The notes below the pieces were generated by a model. It saw only the letters and a program-made list of their open reading frames with translations, searched no databases and was not told the origin of the DNA. A program made the position numbers and the translations under genes. From Thermoproteota archaeon (GTDB lineage Archaea; Thermoproteota; Thermoprotei; Gearchaeales; Gearchaeaceae), in the NCBI GenBank assembly GCA_032249315.1, contig JAVVGB010000003.1, positions 19,099-51,098 on the forward strand: a DNA stretch of 32,000 bases. The letters are read 5' to 3'. Positions 8,412 to 17,601 of this stretch are shown piece by piece; position 1 is the stretch's first letter, and every line of letters begins with the position of its first letter.

Positions 8412-8959
8412 TATTCTATCACCGTGTTAAATCTTTCCTGCACAAATTGAATTGCTTCCTCTTTTTTAACTAAATGATTTTTTCCTATTTTATTTCTTCT
8501 CCTTTTCCTAAACTTAACTCTATAACCAGGTTTTTCTAAATTAACACAAACATCCATACCTACAATTCCTATTGTAGGATCATATTTCATACCAGGTATG
8601 CTTATATGCTCCTTTATTCCAAAGCTGAAGTTTCCTAACTCAGTAAACGAAGATGCTTTTAGTTTTTTATTTACAGCTTCTAATAATTTATCAAGCAAAA
8701 TTTCAGCTTTTTTACCTCTTACTGTTGCTATGCAAGCTATAGGTTCACCCCGCTTAATTTTAAATTCCTTAATTGTTTTTTTAGCTCTTCTTATAGAAGG
8801 CTTTTGCCCAGTTAATTTTTCTAATACGATCATGGCTTTTTTAAGCTTTTCTTCATTAGCTCCAACGCTAATATTTAATGTAACTGAACGCAATTTTACT
8901 TTAGTCATAGGATTTATTTTACTCTCCTCTTTAATTTCCAAAGTTTGTGTTTCGCTCAT
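8411..8959 (-). CDS. rpl5: 50S ribosomal protein L5 (uL5)
   Basis: VTLNISVGANEEKLKKAMIVLEKLTGQKPSIRRAKKTIKEFKIKRGEPIACIATVRG. Confidence 0.95.
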   Translation of the reverse strand: MSETQTLEIKEESKINPMTKVKLRSVTLNISVGANEEKLKKAMIVLEKLTGQKPSIRRAKKTIKEFKIKRGEPIACIATVRGKKAEILLDKLLEAVNKKLKASSFTELGNFSFGIKEHISIPGMKYDPTIGIVGMDVCVNLEKPGYRVKFRKRRRNKIGKNHLVKKEEAIQFVQERFNTVIE

Positions 8960-9711
8960 GTGTGATAAATTACAGGTTTAACTATATCTTCTTCTTTTTC
9001 TGCAACCTTTATTAAAGGCTTATCATATCCTATTGGCATAGTATACTTAAGACTTGTTCGAATTATTTTTCCATCATGAGATTCTATTTCTACTATCGAT
9101 TTTCTCCTAGGCATCAATTCAATAATTTTCTTTAGGAAACCATAATAGCCTGCATTTACTCCTCCTATAATTAGGCATAAAACTCCTTCTTGTAGCTTAA
9201 TTGTTTCTTTTATTTTTTGGTTTGGTAACTCTAATAAAATACTATCATAAGTTTTGAAATTGTTAGATTCAGTTTTATCTATTAAAAAATTTCTACCATC
9301 ATTTAAATTCACTTGCAATTTATTTCCTTTGATAGCAACTTTATTTTCTATCCTACAAATTTTTAAAGAAGATTCCTCTAAAGGAATTTTTGTAACGACT
9401 AGCGGATAACCTTTAAATGGTAATAATCTGTAAGCGAAAGGATCCTTAGCAAATTCCAGAGTATCCATTAAGCCTACAGGGAATTTATAGTCTTTTACTA
9501 CCGCTTTATCCCTTTTAACATAACCTTGATCTAAAATATACTTTACTTCTTTTAAATTTGAAGCATAACCTAGTATATCTCTGATAATTATTCCTAATGG
9601 TATACAGCTGGTTTTTTTATGGGGTCCTGGTGAAGGAGAAATTGTCCATTTATATTGTTTTTTAAGAATAGACCAAAAATCAGGAGCAGCTAACCTTTTT
9701 ATATGCGTCAT
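8956..9711 (-). CDS. rps4e: 30S ribosomal protein S4e (eS4)
   Basis: THIKRLAAPDFWSILKKQYKWTISPSPGPHKKTSCIPLGIIIRDILGYA. Confidence 0.95.
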   Translation of the reverse strand: MTHIKRLAAPDFWSILKKQYKWTISPSPGPHKKTSCIPLGIIIRDILGYASNLKEVKYILDQGYVKRDKAVVKDYKFPVGLMDTLEFAKDPFAYRLLPFKGYPLVVTKIPLEESSLKICRIENKVAIKGNKLQVNLNDGRNFLIDKTESNNFKTYDSILLELPNQKIKETIKLQEGVLCLIIGGVNAGYYGFLKKIIELMPRRKSIVEIESHDGKIIRTSLKYTMPIGYDKPLIKVAEKEEDIVKPVIYHT

Positions 9712-9712
9712 G

Positions 9713-10069
9713 CTACACTGCTTTTAACTTTTCAGCACGATATTTATCATCTAAATATAACTTTACTATCATTACTTTCGAAGCATGAACAGGTATCATA
9801 ACAGGTCTTCCACGAATATTTTTCCTTGTAAGACCTTCAATAAATACATAGCCTTTTTTAGGATTAACCTTAGCTACTTTACCTTCAAACCCTTTATATG
9901 TCCCTCTCATCACTCTTACAATATCATTTACACGGACACGTAAAGATCTCCTTTTATATTTTTGTCTTAATTCTTCAGATAAATGAGCCGATAATAGTTT
10001 TCCGTAATCTTTATTGGTAAACTTTTTAAAAATTAACCTTCTTTGCTTTCTCGGTTGCGAAGATGTCAT
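9713..10069 (-). CDS. rpl24: 50S ribosomal protein L24 (uL24)
   Basis: LSAHLSEELRQKYKRRSLRVRVNDIVRVMRGTYKGFEGKVAKV; KOW motif. Confidence 0.95.
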   Translation of the reverse strand: MTSSQPRKQRRLIFKKFTNKDYGKLLSAHLSEELRQKYKRRSLRVRVNDIVRVMRGTYKGFEGKVAKVNPKKGYVFIEGLTRKNIRGRPVMIPVHASKVMIVKLYLDDKYRAEKLKAV

Positions 10070-10491
10070 ATTATAATTGAAGCAATACTTGCTATCTTTG
10101 GCCAGCGTTCCACAGCTTCTTTGGCAACAGGACCAATAATTTCCGTTCCTTTAACATCTCCTTCAGGTGTTAGAATTATTACAGCATTATCTTCAAATGA
10201 TATCCATGTTCCATCAATTCTTTTGTAGGGTTTTCTTTGCCTAATAACAACCGCATTCATTAATTGTCCTATTAATTCTGGTTTTCCTTTAGTTACGGAA
10301 ATCTTTACCATGTCTCCTACAGATGCTCCAGGAACTCTTCTTCTTCTGGTTTTAATACCAAATACATTAATTACTCTCCCCATTAATACACCGCTATTAT
10401 CTGCACATTTTACTATAGTATAATTAAATATACCTGCACTAAGTCTAGGTCTAATTATTGCAGCTGAAACTTTTCCTCCTCTTTTAACCAT
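10066..10491 (-). CDS. rpl14: 50S ribosomal protein L14 (uL14)
   Basis: IVKCADNSGVLMGRVINVFGIKTRRRRVPGASVGDMVKISVTKGKPEL. Confidence 0.95.
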   Translation of the reverse strand: MVKRGGKVSAAIIRPRLSAGIFNYTIVKCADNSGVLMGRVINVFGIKTRRRRVPGASVGDMVKISVTKGKPELIGQLMNAVVIRQRKPYKRIDGTWISFEDNAVIILTPEGDVKGTEIIGPVAKEAVERWPKIASIASIII

Positions 10492-10542
10492 ATTTCACAC
10501 CGATATGAATTATTTGCATGATTTTTACTTATTAATTTTTCT

Positions 10543-10869
10543 TTATTTTATTACTTTTAAAATAACAGATGAAACAGTCTTAGAAATGGGCCTTATTTCA
10601 CCTATAATTACTCTGTCATTTTCTTTTACTTTAATACAGTCAGGTATATGAACATGATATTTACTTCTTCTCCTTTCATATCTTTGATATTTTCTAATCC
10701 AAACTAACCTTTCTTTAACAACAACTGCAGTTTTATTCATTTTTATTTTTAAAACTGTTCCTTCGTCAATTCTGCCTCTAACACTAATTTCACCATGAAA
10801 AGGACATGTTTTATCATTACATTCGGCTTCTGGAGGTTCTATACCAAAAATTATTCTTTTTCTCCTCAT
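10543..10869 (-). CDS. rps17: 30S ribosomal protein S17 (uS17)
   Basis: CPFHGEISVRGRIDEGTVLKIKMNKTAVVVKERLVWIRKYQRYERRRSKYHVHIPDCI. Confidence 0.94.
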   Translation of the reverse strand: MRRKRIIFGIEPPEAECNDKTCPFHGEISVRGRIDEGTVLKIKMNKTAVVVKERLVWIRKYQRYERRRSKYHVHIPDCIKVKENDRVIIGEIRPISKTVSSVILKVIK

Positions 10870-11129
10870 AGTTTTTTTATTCTATCTTCAGGTTTTCCTA
10901 AAAGATCTTCTCCTTTTATCATTACTTTATCACCATTTATTAAAAATAAAAAATTAAAACATCTTTTTAAATACTTTTTTATTTTATTATCTTTTGTTAA
11001 TACTTTTATAGTTTCCTTAGTTTCATCGATAATCATACCTTCACCTACTTTTTTATATTTTTTATCATAACATTCAACAAATAAACCCAACAATTCATGA
11101 TATATTATATTATCTTTTCTTAGCTTCAT
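10866..11129 (-). CDS. rnp1: Ribonuclease P protein component 1 (Rpp29/Pop4 family), 87 aa
   Basis: IIYHELLGLFVECYDKKYKKVGEGMIIDETKETIKVLTKDNKIKKYLKRCFNFLFLINGDKVMIKGEDLLGKPEDRIKK; position between L29 and S17. Confidence 0.88.
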   Translation of the reverse strand: MKLRKDNIIYHELLGLFVECYDKKYKKVGEGMIIDETKETIKVLTKDNKIKKYLKRCFNFLFLINGDKVMIKGEDLLGKPEDRIKKL

Positions 11130-11322
11130 TTTTAAGTTCCTCTTCCCTATTTATAGTTAAAATTCTAGCGATCTCTTTTCTTATATTTTTAAGGAGTTTA
11201 ACATTTTTAGGAGGTTTTCCTGCTTCAAATAATCCTCTATTTTTTATTAATTCAAGCCTTAATTCTTCTAATCTTTTTAATCTTTCTTCTTTAGATAATT
11301 TTCTAAGTTCCTTTGTTTTCAT
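11110..11322 (-). CDS. rpl29: 50S ribosomal protein L29 (uL29)
   Basis: MKTKELRKLSKEERLKRLEELRLELIKNRGLFEAGKPPKNVKLLKNIRKEIARILT. Confidence 0.93.
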   Translation of the reverse strand: MKTKELRKLSKEERLKRLEELRLELIKNRGLFEAGKPPKNVKLLKNIRKEIARILTINREEELKNEAKKR

Positions 11323-11944
11323 TTGTACTCACCTCCAAAGCTTTTATTTTATCTACTAATTTAGGTATCTCATCCCAATATTCTAAAGGCGGAAATATTT
11401 TAACAGATATTCCATATATGCCTGGCTTTAAAAGAATGGAAGTTTTAGCTTTTTTAACGTATTTTTCATAAGGTTCACCAGATTTTGGCATAAAGCCAAA
11501 CCTAAATCTTTCAGTTCTTGCTCTATCACTATCAAGTTTTCCACTTATTTCTATTTCGGCACCTTTAGCTCCTGCATCCATTATTTGTTTAAGTATTAAG
11601 TTAGCAGCTCTTCTGAAATGTATGCCTTTTTCAATTAAACTAGCTAGTCTATTAGCCATAATAGATGCACTTAGAGCAGGCTCTTTTACTTCATTTATGA
11701 ATATTTCAATATTTTTAATGTTAAACTTCAATTTTAATTCTTCTTCAACTTCTTTTATTTTCAATCCGTGAGGACCTAATGCAAGCCTCGGTTTTTCAAC
11801 ATCAATAATTATTCTTATTCCTGCAGCGAATTGCTGTATATCAACATTATCGACACCTGATTCTTTTAATTTTTCAAAAATGTATTCTTTTATTCTAGCA
11901 TATAATTCATTAATTTGAAGAAATTGTTTTGCTAAGTTTACCAT
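11303..11944 (-). CDS. rps3: 30S ribosomal protein S3 (uS3)
   Basis: KH domain IDVEKPRLALGPHGLKIKEVEEEL; MDAGAKGAEIEISGKLDSDRARTERFRFGFMPKSGEP. Confidence 0.95.
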   Translation of the reverse strand: MVNLAKQFLQINELYARIKEYIFEKLKESGVDNVDIQQFAAGIRIIIDVEKPRLALGPHGLKIKEVEEELKLKFNIKNIEIFINEVKEPALSASIMANRLASLIEKGIHFRRAANLILKQIMDAGAKGAEIEISGKLDSDRARTERFRFGFMPKSGEPYEKYVKKAKTSILLKPGIYGISVKIFPPLEYWDEIPKLVDKIKALEVSTNENKGT

Positions 11945-11945
11945 G

Positions 11946-12407
11946 TTATTCCTCTATACCGGCAACTTCGATATGAACAAGTTCTTTAAAATAAGGTGAA
12001 GAACGTCCAAATGCTCTAGGAATATACTTTTTTATTTTCATACCTTTCTGAGCAGCACAATGAATAATTTTAATCTTGGAAGTATCAAGACCTTTAAATT
12101 CAGCATTAGCTTCAAGAGATTCAAGAATTTTTAAGAGATGCTTAGAAACTTTTATAGGATATCTTGCAGGACCACTAGTATTATCATATTTATGATGTGG
12201 TACTTTTTTGTTAAACCTTTTATAAGGTATTGCTCTTTTACCTTCAATTACCTCTTCAAGAATTTTTTTGGCTTCGTCAAGTTTTCTACCTTTTATATAT
12301 CTACAAACTTCAACAGCTTCTTTAAATGAAATATTTAAATCTCTTCCACTTGCTAATACAGATTTATCAGGATCAAGTCCTTTAATTGAATAACCAAATT
12401 CTGGCAT
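11946..12407 (-). CDS. rpl22: 50S ribosomal protein L22 (uL22)
   Basis: GRDLNISFKEAVEVCRYIKGRKLDEAKKILEEVIEGKRAIPYKRFNKKVPHH; AFGRSSPYFKELVHIEVAGIE. Confidence 0.95.
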   Translation of the reverse strand: MPEFGYSIKGLDPDKSVLASGRDLNISFKEAVEVCRYIKGRKLDEAKKILEEVIEGKRAIPYKRFNKKVPHHKYDNTSGPARYPIKVSKHLLKILESLEANAEFKGLDTSKIKIIHCAAQKGMKIKKYIPRAFGRSSPYFKELVHIEVAGIEE

Positions 12408-12802
12408 TATTTCAATGCAACATACATAGAGCCTCTTGTAGCTCTTAGACCTGGTTCACCATGTATAACTTTCTTCGTAGTTATTGAAAACTCACCCAAT
12501 CTATGACCTATCATTTCAGGAGTAATTTCAACTGGAACAAATTCTTTACCATTGTAAACGTGAATTGTTAATCCGACCATTTCAGGTAAAATAATCATGT
12601 CTCTTGCATGCGTTCTAATCGGTTTACTATATGTTCCTTCTTTAGCTTTTCTAATTTTTTCTATGAGCACTTTATGTTTCTTTAGCAAACCTCTTTTTAT
12701 ACTTCTTCTTTCTCTTGCGTTTAGTAAATTTATAAATTCATCCATAGGTAATGATTTTAATTGATCTATTGTATAACCGCGATAGGTAAATTCTCTTGGC
12801 AT
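12407..12802 (-). CDS. rps19: 30S ribosomal protein S19 (uS19)
   Basis: [55 protein letters not shown]. Confidence 0.95.
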   Translation of the reverse strand: MPREFTYRGYTIDQLKSLPMDEFINLLNARERRSIKRGLLKKHKVLIEKIRKAKEGTYSKPIRTHARDMIILPEMVGLTIHVYNGKEFVPVEITPEMIGHRLGEFSITTKKVIHGEPGLRATRGSMYVALK

Positions 12803-12834
12803 ATTAAATTATTTTATAAGGTATAAATATAAAA

Positions 12835-13566
12835 TTATCCTTTTCTCCTTCCAGTCCTTCTAGGTCCATAATAACCTACTTTTTTGCCTGGCGGAGATGT
12901 TTTTTTAACAGGTCTTCCTCCTTTAGGATGGGCTCCCCCACCGTGAGGATGCGAAGCAGCATACATAGCTTTACCTCTTACAGTAGGCCATTTAAATGAT
13001 TTTGCTTTAGAAATATGATATTTCTTACCAGCTTTTAATAAAGGTTTTTCAATTTTTCCTCCTCCTGCAATCACTCCAATAGTAGCTAAACACTTTTTAT
13101 CAAGCTTTATTAATTTACCTGAAGGTAAGCTTACAATTGTTCCATCTATAGTTTGAGAAAATACTGTTGCATAAGATCCAGCAACTCTTACAAATTTTCC
13201 TCCATCAGCAGGTCTTCTTTCTATATTAAAAATTAAAGTTCCTTCAGGAAGAGAACCTATTTGCGTTATGTTGCCAGCTTTGATAGGAACGTTTTTACCT
13301 ATAAAACACTCACTTTTCTCAAATATTCCTTCAGCAGCAATTGTATAAAATTCTTTGCCGTCGCCTAAAGAAATCAAAGCTAGAGGTGCTTCCCTTCCAC
13401 TTTCAGAATCTATTTCCTTTACTATGCCTTTTATAGGTTGCTCACTATTCTCAATTAACTCATGAAGCCATGAAGGATATTTTATAGGAGCTATTCTTCT
13501 CCAAGTGGGCGCTATAAATGTAGATGAACCACGCCCAGCTCTTTGCTGCCTTAATCTCTTACCCAT
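12835..13566 (-). CDS. rpl2: 50S ribosomal protein L2 (uL2)
   Basis: MGKRLRQQRAGRGSSTFIAPTWRR..; MYAASHPHGGGAHPKGGRPVKKTSPPGKKVGYYGPRRTGRRKG. Confidence 0.96.
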   Translation of the reverse strand: MGKRLRQQRAGRGSSTFIAPTWRRIAPIKYPSWLHELIENSEQPIKGIVKEIDSESGREAPLALISLGDGKEFYTIAAEGIFEKSECFIGKNVPIKAGNITQIGSLPEGTLIFNIERRPADGGKFVRVAGSYATVFSQTIDGTIVSLPSGKLIKLDKKCLATIGVIAGGGKIEKPLLKAGKKYHISKAKSFKWPTVRGKAMYAASHPHGGGAHPKGGRPVKKTSPPGKKVGYYGPRRTGRRKG

Positions 13567-13567
13567 A

Positions 13568-13825
13568 TTATATTAAACCTAATTTTGAGTATAATTCTAA
13601 AGCGGAAAACTCCTTTGACAATTTTACTATGGCCTTTTTTTCATACTTTGGGGTGATTAAAACGTTTACTTTTTCTACCTTTACATTATATAAGTTTTCA
13701 ATAGCTTTCTTGATTTCTCTTTTATTTGAATTAATATCTACAATTAAAGTTAATTTATTTTCAAATTCAGCTAGTTTCAACGCTTTTTCTGTCACTATAA
13801 ACCTATGTATAATTTTAGAACTCAT
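13568..13825 (-). CDS. rpl23: 50S ribosomal protein L23 (uL23)
   Basis: [60 protein letters not shown]. Confidence 0.93.
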   Translation of the reverse strand: MSSKIIHRFIVTEKALKLAEFENKLTLIVDINSNKREIKKAIENLYNVKVEKVNVLITPKYEKKAIVKLSKEFSALELYSKLGLI

Positions 13826-14637
13826 GTCAATTCACCAATATAACCAAATTTTTCAGCTAAATATTTATATGAATTTATTGTCCAAATAGTAAGCCTTCCA
13901 GGCAAGCAACCAGGAGCTAATGCATGTATTGGTAAATTTCTTACATCATAAACATCTACACCTGGTAAATTTTTAAAAGCTTTTTTTATTGGTTCTTCAC
14001 CTAAAACTACCAATAAAGGTCCTTTTCTTTCTTTATATCTTCTTCCTCTTCTTTTACCTTTACCTGCTCTTATTTTAATGTTATCTTTAACTCTAATAAT
14101 ATCATCATAAATACCTATTTTTTTTAGAAATTCTTCGACCTCTTTAGTTTTGTTTATTTTCGCCACCTCTTCTCCAATTACTAGGGGTAATTTAAGTTCA
14201 GAGTTAGATATTTTATGTCCACGTTTTAATATCATGTTTAAATTAGCAGTACAGGCTATAGCGCTAAAGAAAGCTTTCCTTTTTTCTTTTTTGTTAATTT
14301 TAACTTTGATTACTTTATTAGATTTTGGTGCTGTAGGATTATAACCTCCTCGAGTCATAGGAGCAAAAGCTCCTTGAGATGCTTTTGGATAACCTGAACC
14401 TTTTACTCTGGGTACTCTTGCAATACCATAACCTACCCCCCAACTTTCAGCTGTAGTTTTTTTACCTGCCAAAGGATCAACACCTTTAGGTTGTTTCATA
14501 TTTTGAAGTTCGGTGAGAACAGCTCTTTTAATTAAATCATATCTATATTCTGTTAAAAAAGGTATGGGAACAAAATTTAATTTAGCTATTTCTTTTCCTT
14601 CAGCTCCAATTAAAGAAACAGAAAGCGATTTGCTCAT
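13822..14637 (-). CDS. rpl4: 50S ribosomal protein L4 (uL4, archaeal L4/L1e)
   Basis: [35 protein letters not shown]; [31 protein letters not shown]. Confidence 0.95.
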   Translation of the reverse strand: MSKSLSVSLIGAEGKEIAKLNFVPIPFLTEYRYDLIKRAVLTELQNMKQPKGVDPLAGKKTTAESWGVGYGIARVPRVKGSGYPKASQGAFAPMTRGGYNPTAPKSNKVIKVKINKKEKRKAFFSAIACTANLNMILKRGHKISNSELKLPLVIGEEVAKINKTKEVEEFLKKIGIYDDIIRVKDNIKIRAGKGKRRGRRYKERKGPLLVVLGEEPIKKAFKNLPGVDVYDVRNLPIHALAPGCLPGRLTIWTINSYKYLAEKFGYIGELT

Positions 14638-15611
14638 TTTATAATTTGAATTAATTTATAACTTCTAGCATGTTTTGGAGGCTTAATAGGAGCTCTTAAA
14701 AATATTACTCTTTTAGGTGGTCCCATAACAGAGCCTAATAATAATATAAATGAATTCTTGATTATGCCGTAATGAGGAATTCCTCCTTTTTTATTTATAA
14801 TTGAAGGATCCTTACCTAATAGAATTATTTTTTTATTATATATTGTCCGTTTATGAAAACCCATTTGGCCTGCTCTAGGCACAAATCTCATAAGAGTAGG
14901 TTCTATTGGTCCAATTGAACCAACTTTTCTATACCCCTTTCGATGCTTATGCCACCTTGGTAAGATTTTGACACCAAACCTTTTAACTACTCCTTGAAAA
15001 CCTTTACCTTTTGTTATTCCTATGATATCTATGTATTCTCCTTCATTAAACACATCATCTATTTTTACTTCTTTTCCTAATATACTTTGAGCATATTCTA
15101 AAGCTTTTACAGGTTCCCCTCCTACCTTTATTTCAAATATTTCAGGTTTTTTCCTACCTATTGTTGTTAAATAAGGCTGCGTACATGCTATTACTCTCAC
15201 TTCTGCTATATGATTTTTTAAAGAATCAACATTGATAGGTTTTTTGTTTTTGAATTTATAATACTTAGAAATTTTTTCAGGGATTTTTTCAGTAAAAATC
15301 GTGGTTAAATTAACCAATCTTCCATATCTATTACCATACAGTTTTATTCCTGCTATAAATAGAGGAGGTACTTCTATTACAGTACATGCTTTTACTACTT
15401 CTTTACCGTAGGTAGGAGATTTTTCATATGAATCAAGCAGTAAAACACTACACATAAAGGCCTTATATCCTACGAAACCTAATAACTTAGGCGTAGTTAA
15501 AGATATTTTAGGCCAAGATTTAACAGTAACACGAATACTTTTTGCTCTTACTCTTGGATAAAAACCCATTGAACCTCTTCTAGGAGCGCCCATTTTTAAA
15601 TTGAATAACAA
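14634..15611 (-). CDS. rpl3: 50S ribosomal protein L3 (uL3)
   Basis: GAPRRGSMGFYPRVRAKSIRVTVKSWP; GITKGKGFQGVVKRFGVKILPRWHKHRKGYRKVGSIGPIEP. Confidence 0.96.
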   Translation of the reverse strand: MLFNLKMGAPRRGSMGFYPRVRAKSIRVTVKSWPKISLTTPKLLGFVGYKAFMCSVLLLDSYEKSPTYGKEVVKACTVIEVPPLFIAGIKLYGNRYGRLVNLTTIFTEKIPEKISKYYKFKNKKPINVDSLKNHIAEVRVIACTQPYLTTIGRKKPEIFEIKVGGEPVKALEYAQSILGKEVKIDDVFNEGEYIDIIGITKGKGFQGVVKRFGVKILPRWHKHRKGYRKVGSIGPIEPTLMRFVPRAGQMGFHKRTIYNKKIILLGKDPSIINKKGGIPHYGIIKNSFILLLGSVMGPPKRVIFLRAPIKPPKHARSYKLIQIIK

Positions 15612-15764
15612 AAATACTATTAAAAGGTATTAATAAATTTTGCTTTTAATTTATATTCAAGAAGAAGTGTTAATTGTATGATTTTAAAAAATTAAAAACC
15701 TAGCCTTTTATGGTGAGACGAAAGATTAAATATTTAAAAAGATATTTTTCTTCAACATGATAGC

Positions 15765-15965
15765 AACATCCCCTAGCTTGGATGATAATTAATGAGACTG
15801 GTGGAGAAGCATCCAGTATACATCAAACTTTTTTCTATGAATGATCTTTATTTTATCCAATCCAGAGACTCAAGAAATTTAAATTGCGTGACCATCTGTG
15901 TCACCTGACCACCCTCAAAGCTAGATTTGGCAACAAATCGATGAAAGAAACGATGAACTGTTTTG
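15765..15965. ncRNA. Candidate structured non-coding RNA in a 384-bp gap, family and strand unresolved
   Basis: Non-coding gap 15612-15995 in an otherwise tightly packed array; nested complements CTAGCTT(15773-15779)/AAGCTAG(15918-15924), GAG(15794-15796)/CTC(15914-15916), GGTGG(15800-15804)/CCACC(15909-15913), and hairpin GTGAC(15888-15892)/GTCAC(15900-15904); locally higher GC than flanks. Confidence 0.4.
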
Positions 15966-15995
15966 AAAAGTGAAATCTTAAGCTTTTTAAGTCAG

Positions 15996-16802
15996 CTAAA
16001 AAATTAGATTAAAAATACTTAATGTTCCGAAAATAGCTTCATCTGTTCTTATTGTAATCACTCCTTGATTTGGAAAAACATTTAAAATGACATCAGCTAG
16101 ATCATCTAGATTATAATTAAGTTTAAGAAATATTTCATATAATCCCTCTTTGGGCGAACCAAATAAAAAAATCAATTTTTGCTTGTCTTTTATAAGTTTT
16201 TGTAAAATTAATAAGTTTTCCAAGTTCAAAATTTTGCATTTAGGAGAGAAAAGTTCTTTGGAAGTTGCAATTATAAAAGATTTTGGTTTTTCAGATTTTA
16301 AGAAATTAATAAGATCATTTATTACTTTAATAGAGAAATTAAAATATTTTTCACTTTCATTAAATACCAATTCCCAACGACCATTAATAAAAGAAAGTTT
16401 GACAATTTCTCCTTTCTTTAGTTTAGAATTTTTAATTTTTATTAACTGTTTTAAGCCTGCATTTATAAAAGCAATTCCTTTTTCATTTTTAACAACAAGA
16501 CCTATTCTATTTTCTTTATCTTCTTCAATATTAGCTCTTATTGGAGGGGCTGCTCCTACATATTTTAAATCTTCATCTATTTTATACACATATTTACGCA
16601 AATAAGAAGGAATAGAAAAGAAATTTAACAGTTTAATTAAAACCTTATCATAGTTTTCATAATTAAATAAAATAGCTTCATTTACATTAAAAGTAAAAAA
16701 TGTTCTAGCTAAATTGGCTATTCTTATAGTTTTTTCACGTAAATGGGAAATATCAGAAAAAACGTTTGTGGGAAAAACTACACATATTTTTCGTTTTATC
16801 AA
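15996..16802 (-). CDS. Putative SPOUT-class RNA methyltransferase (archaeal family usually encoded next to L3)
   Basis: ICVVFPTNVFSDISHLREKTIRIANLARTFFTFNVNEAILF..; PSYLRKYVYKIDEDLKYVGAAPPIR; C-terminal LIFLFGSPKEGLYEIF..VILNVFPNQGVITIRTDEAIFGTLSIFNLI. Confidence 0.82.
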   Translation of the reverse strand: MIKRKICVVFPTNVFSDISHLREKTIRIANLARTFFTFNVNEAILFNYENYDKVLIKLLNFFSIPSYLRKYVYKIDEDLKYVGAAPPIRANIEEDKENRIGLVVKNEKGIAFINAGLKQLIKIKNSKLKKGEIVKLSFINGRWELVFNESEKYFNFSIKVINDLINFLKSEKPKSFIIATSKELFSPKCKILNLENLLILQKLIKDKQKLIFLFGSPKEGLYEIFLKLNYNLDDLADVILNVFPNQGVITIRTDEAIFGTLSIFNLIF

Positions 16803-16926
16803 TTTACTTCTTTTTTTCCTTCTTTTCTTCTTTTCTTTCTTCTACAGATTTTGTTTCTTCTTTAAATATAGAAGTTCTTTGTCTTCCGCCCATATAGTAA
16901 TAATAAATACTTTAATAGGATAAAAA

Positions 16927-17322
16927 TTATTCGTTAAAATTAAAACCTCTTTTAATTTCTATTACGTTAACATATTTAGGTTTTAGTTTACTGATTATAT
17001 ACATATATGCGTCCCAAGGCTTTGATTTTTCTCCGCATGTAAATATATCTATAGCTACATAACCATATTCAGGCCATGTATGTACAGAAATATGGGATTC
17101 AGCAATAAATAGCATTATTGAAAGTCCGCCCGTATTTTCAAAAATAACATACTTCTCATCTAAAATTTTAATATTTGCCAACTTTGCAGCTTCATAAAGT
17201 AATTCTTTCATTAAATGTATGTTGGTTAAATAAGAAGAATTTTTATCGATTCTAAGGTCTGCTATTACATGCTTTCCAATCTCGAACAACTTTACAGGTT
17301 CTAATTGTTCACCTACCCCCAT
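16927..17322 (-). CDS. speD: SpeD-family pyruvoyl decarboxylase proenzyme (S-adenosylmethionine or arginine decarboxylase)
   Basis: Self-processing motif AESHISVHTWPEYGYVAIDIFTCG. Confidence 0.9.
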   Translation of the reverse strand: MGVGEQLEPVKLFEIGKHVIADLRIDKNSSYLTNIHLMKELLYEAAKLANIKILDEKYVIFENTGGLSIMLFIAESHISVHTWPEYGYVAIDIFTCGEKSKPWDAYMYIISKLKPKYVNVIEIKRGFNFNE

Positions 17323-17504
17323 TTAACATTTTTAACTTCATAATTTTAGCTTAAAAATTTTTCTTTTTTTAAAAATCAATGTAAATTCGGATTAAACTAA
17401 TGCACCTTCTTAAAAGATAAGAATTTCAACCCCTGTAATTTATTTTACAAAAAAATTAAAGGTATGTAATTTATGGAGGGGAAAATCAGATAAATGGAAT
17501 TATA

Positions 17505-17601
17505 CGCCGGGAGTGGGATTCGAACCCACGAGGGGAAAAATCCCCACAGGCTCTCAAGGCCTGCGCCTTGTCCACTAGGCTTTCGGGAATTTTATCCCGG
17601 C
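17505..17601 (-). tRNA. tRNA-Ser(UGA) with a 12-nt insert (candidate noncanonical intron) between positions 8 and 9; 85 nt without the insert
   Basis: Acceptor GCCGGGA/TCCCGGC + G73, D arm GCC-TAGTGGACAA-GGC, anticodon loop TTGAGA with TGA, variable arm GGGGATTTTTCCCC, T arm GTGGGTTCGAATCCCAC. Confidence 0.88.
17582..17593 (-). other. Candidate 12-nt intron AAAATTCCCGAA in tRNA-Ser(UGA)
   Basis: Central helix CGGG (positions 3-6) / CCCG (intron), bulges AU|A and AA|A; removal restores U8-A9 and 85-nt length equal to tRNA-Ser(GGA). Confidence 0.6.

Noticed and set aside
8598-8981. Antisense + strand ORFs over conserved genes (for example 2270, 2785, 8598, 10043, 10795, 12138, 13524, 14150, 16150, 16714, 18133, 20401, 21221, 21602, 22773, 31705)
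   Set aside because: All are antisense to or overlap well-supported minus-strand genes and have low-complexity translations typical of AT-rich antisense frames.
15770-15965. Box C/D sRNAs (ATGATA, GATGAT, CGATGAA near CTG motifs)
   Set aside because: C-like boxes exist on the + strand but I could not find a consistent C/D'/C'/D arrangement with proper spacing and terminal stem.
15612-15995. RNase P RNA or SRP RNA in the non-coding gap
   Set aside because: No GAGGAAAGUC-like CR-I/P4 sequence and no conserved SRP helix 8 motif could be seen on either strand.
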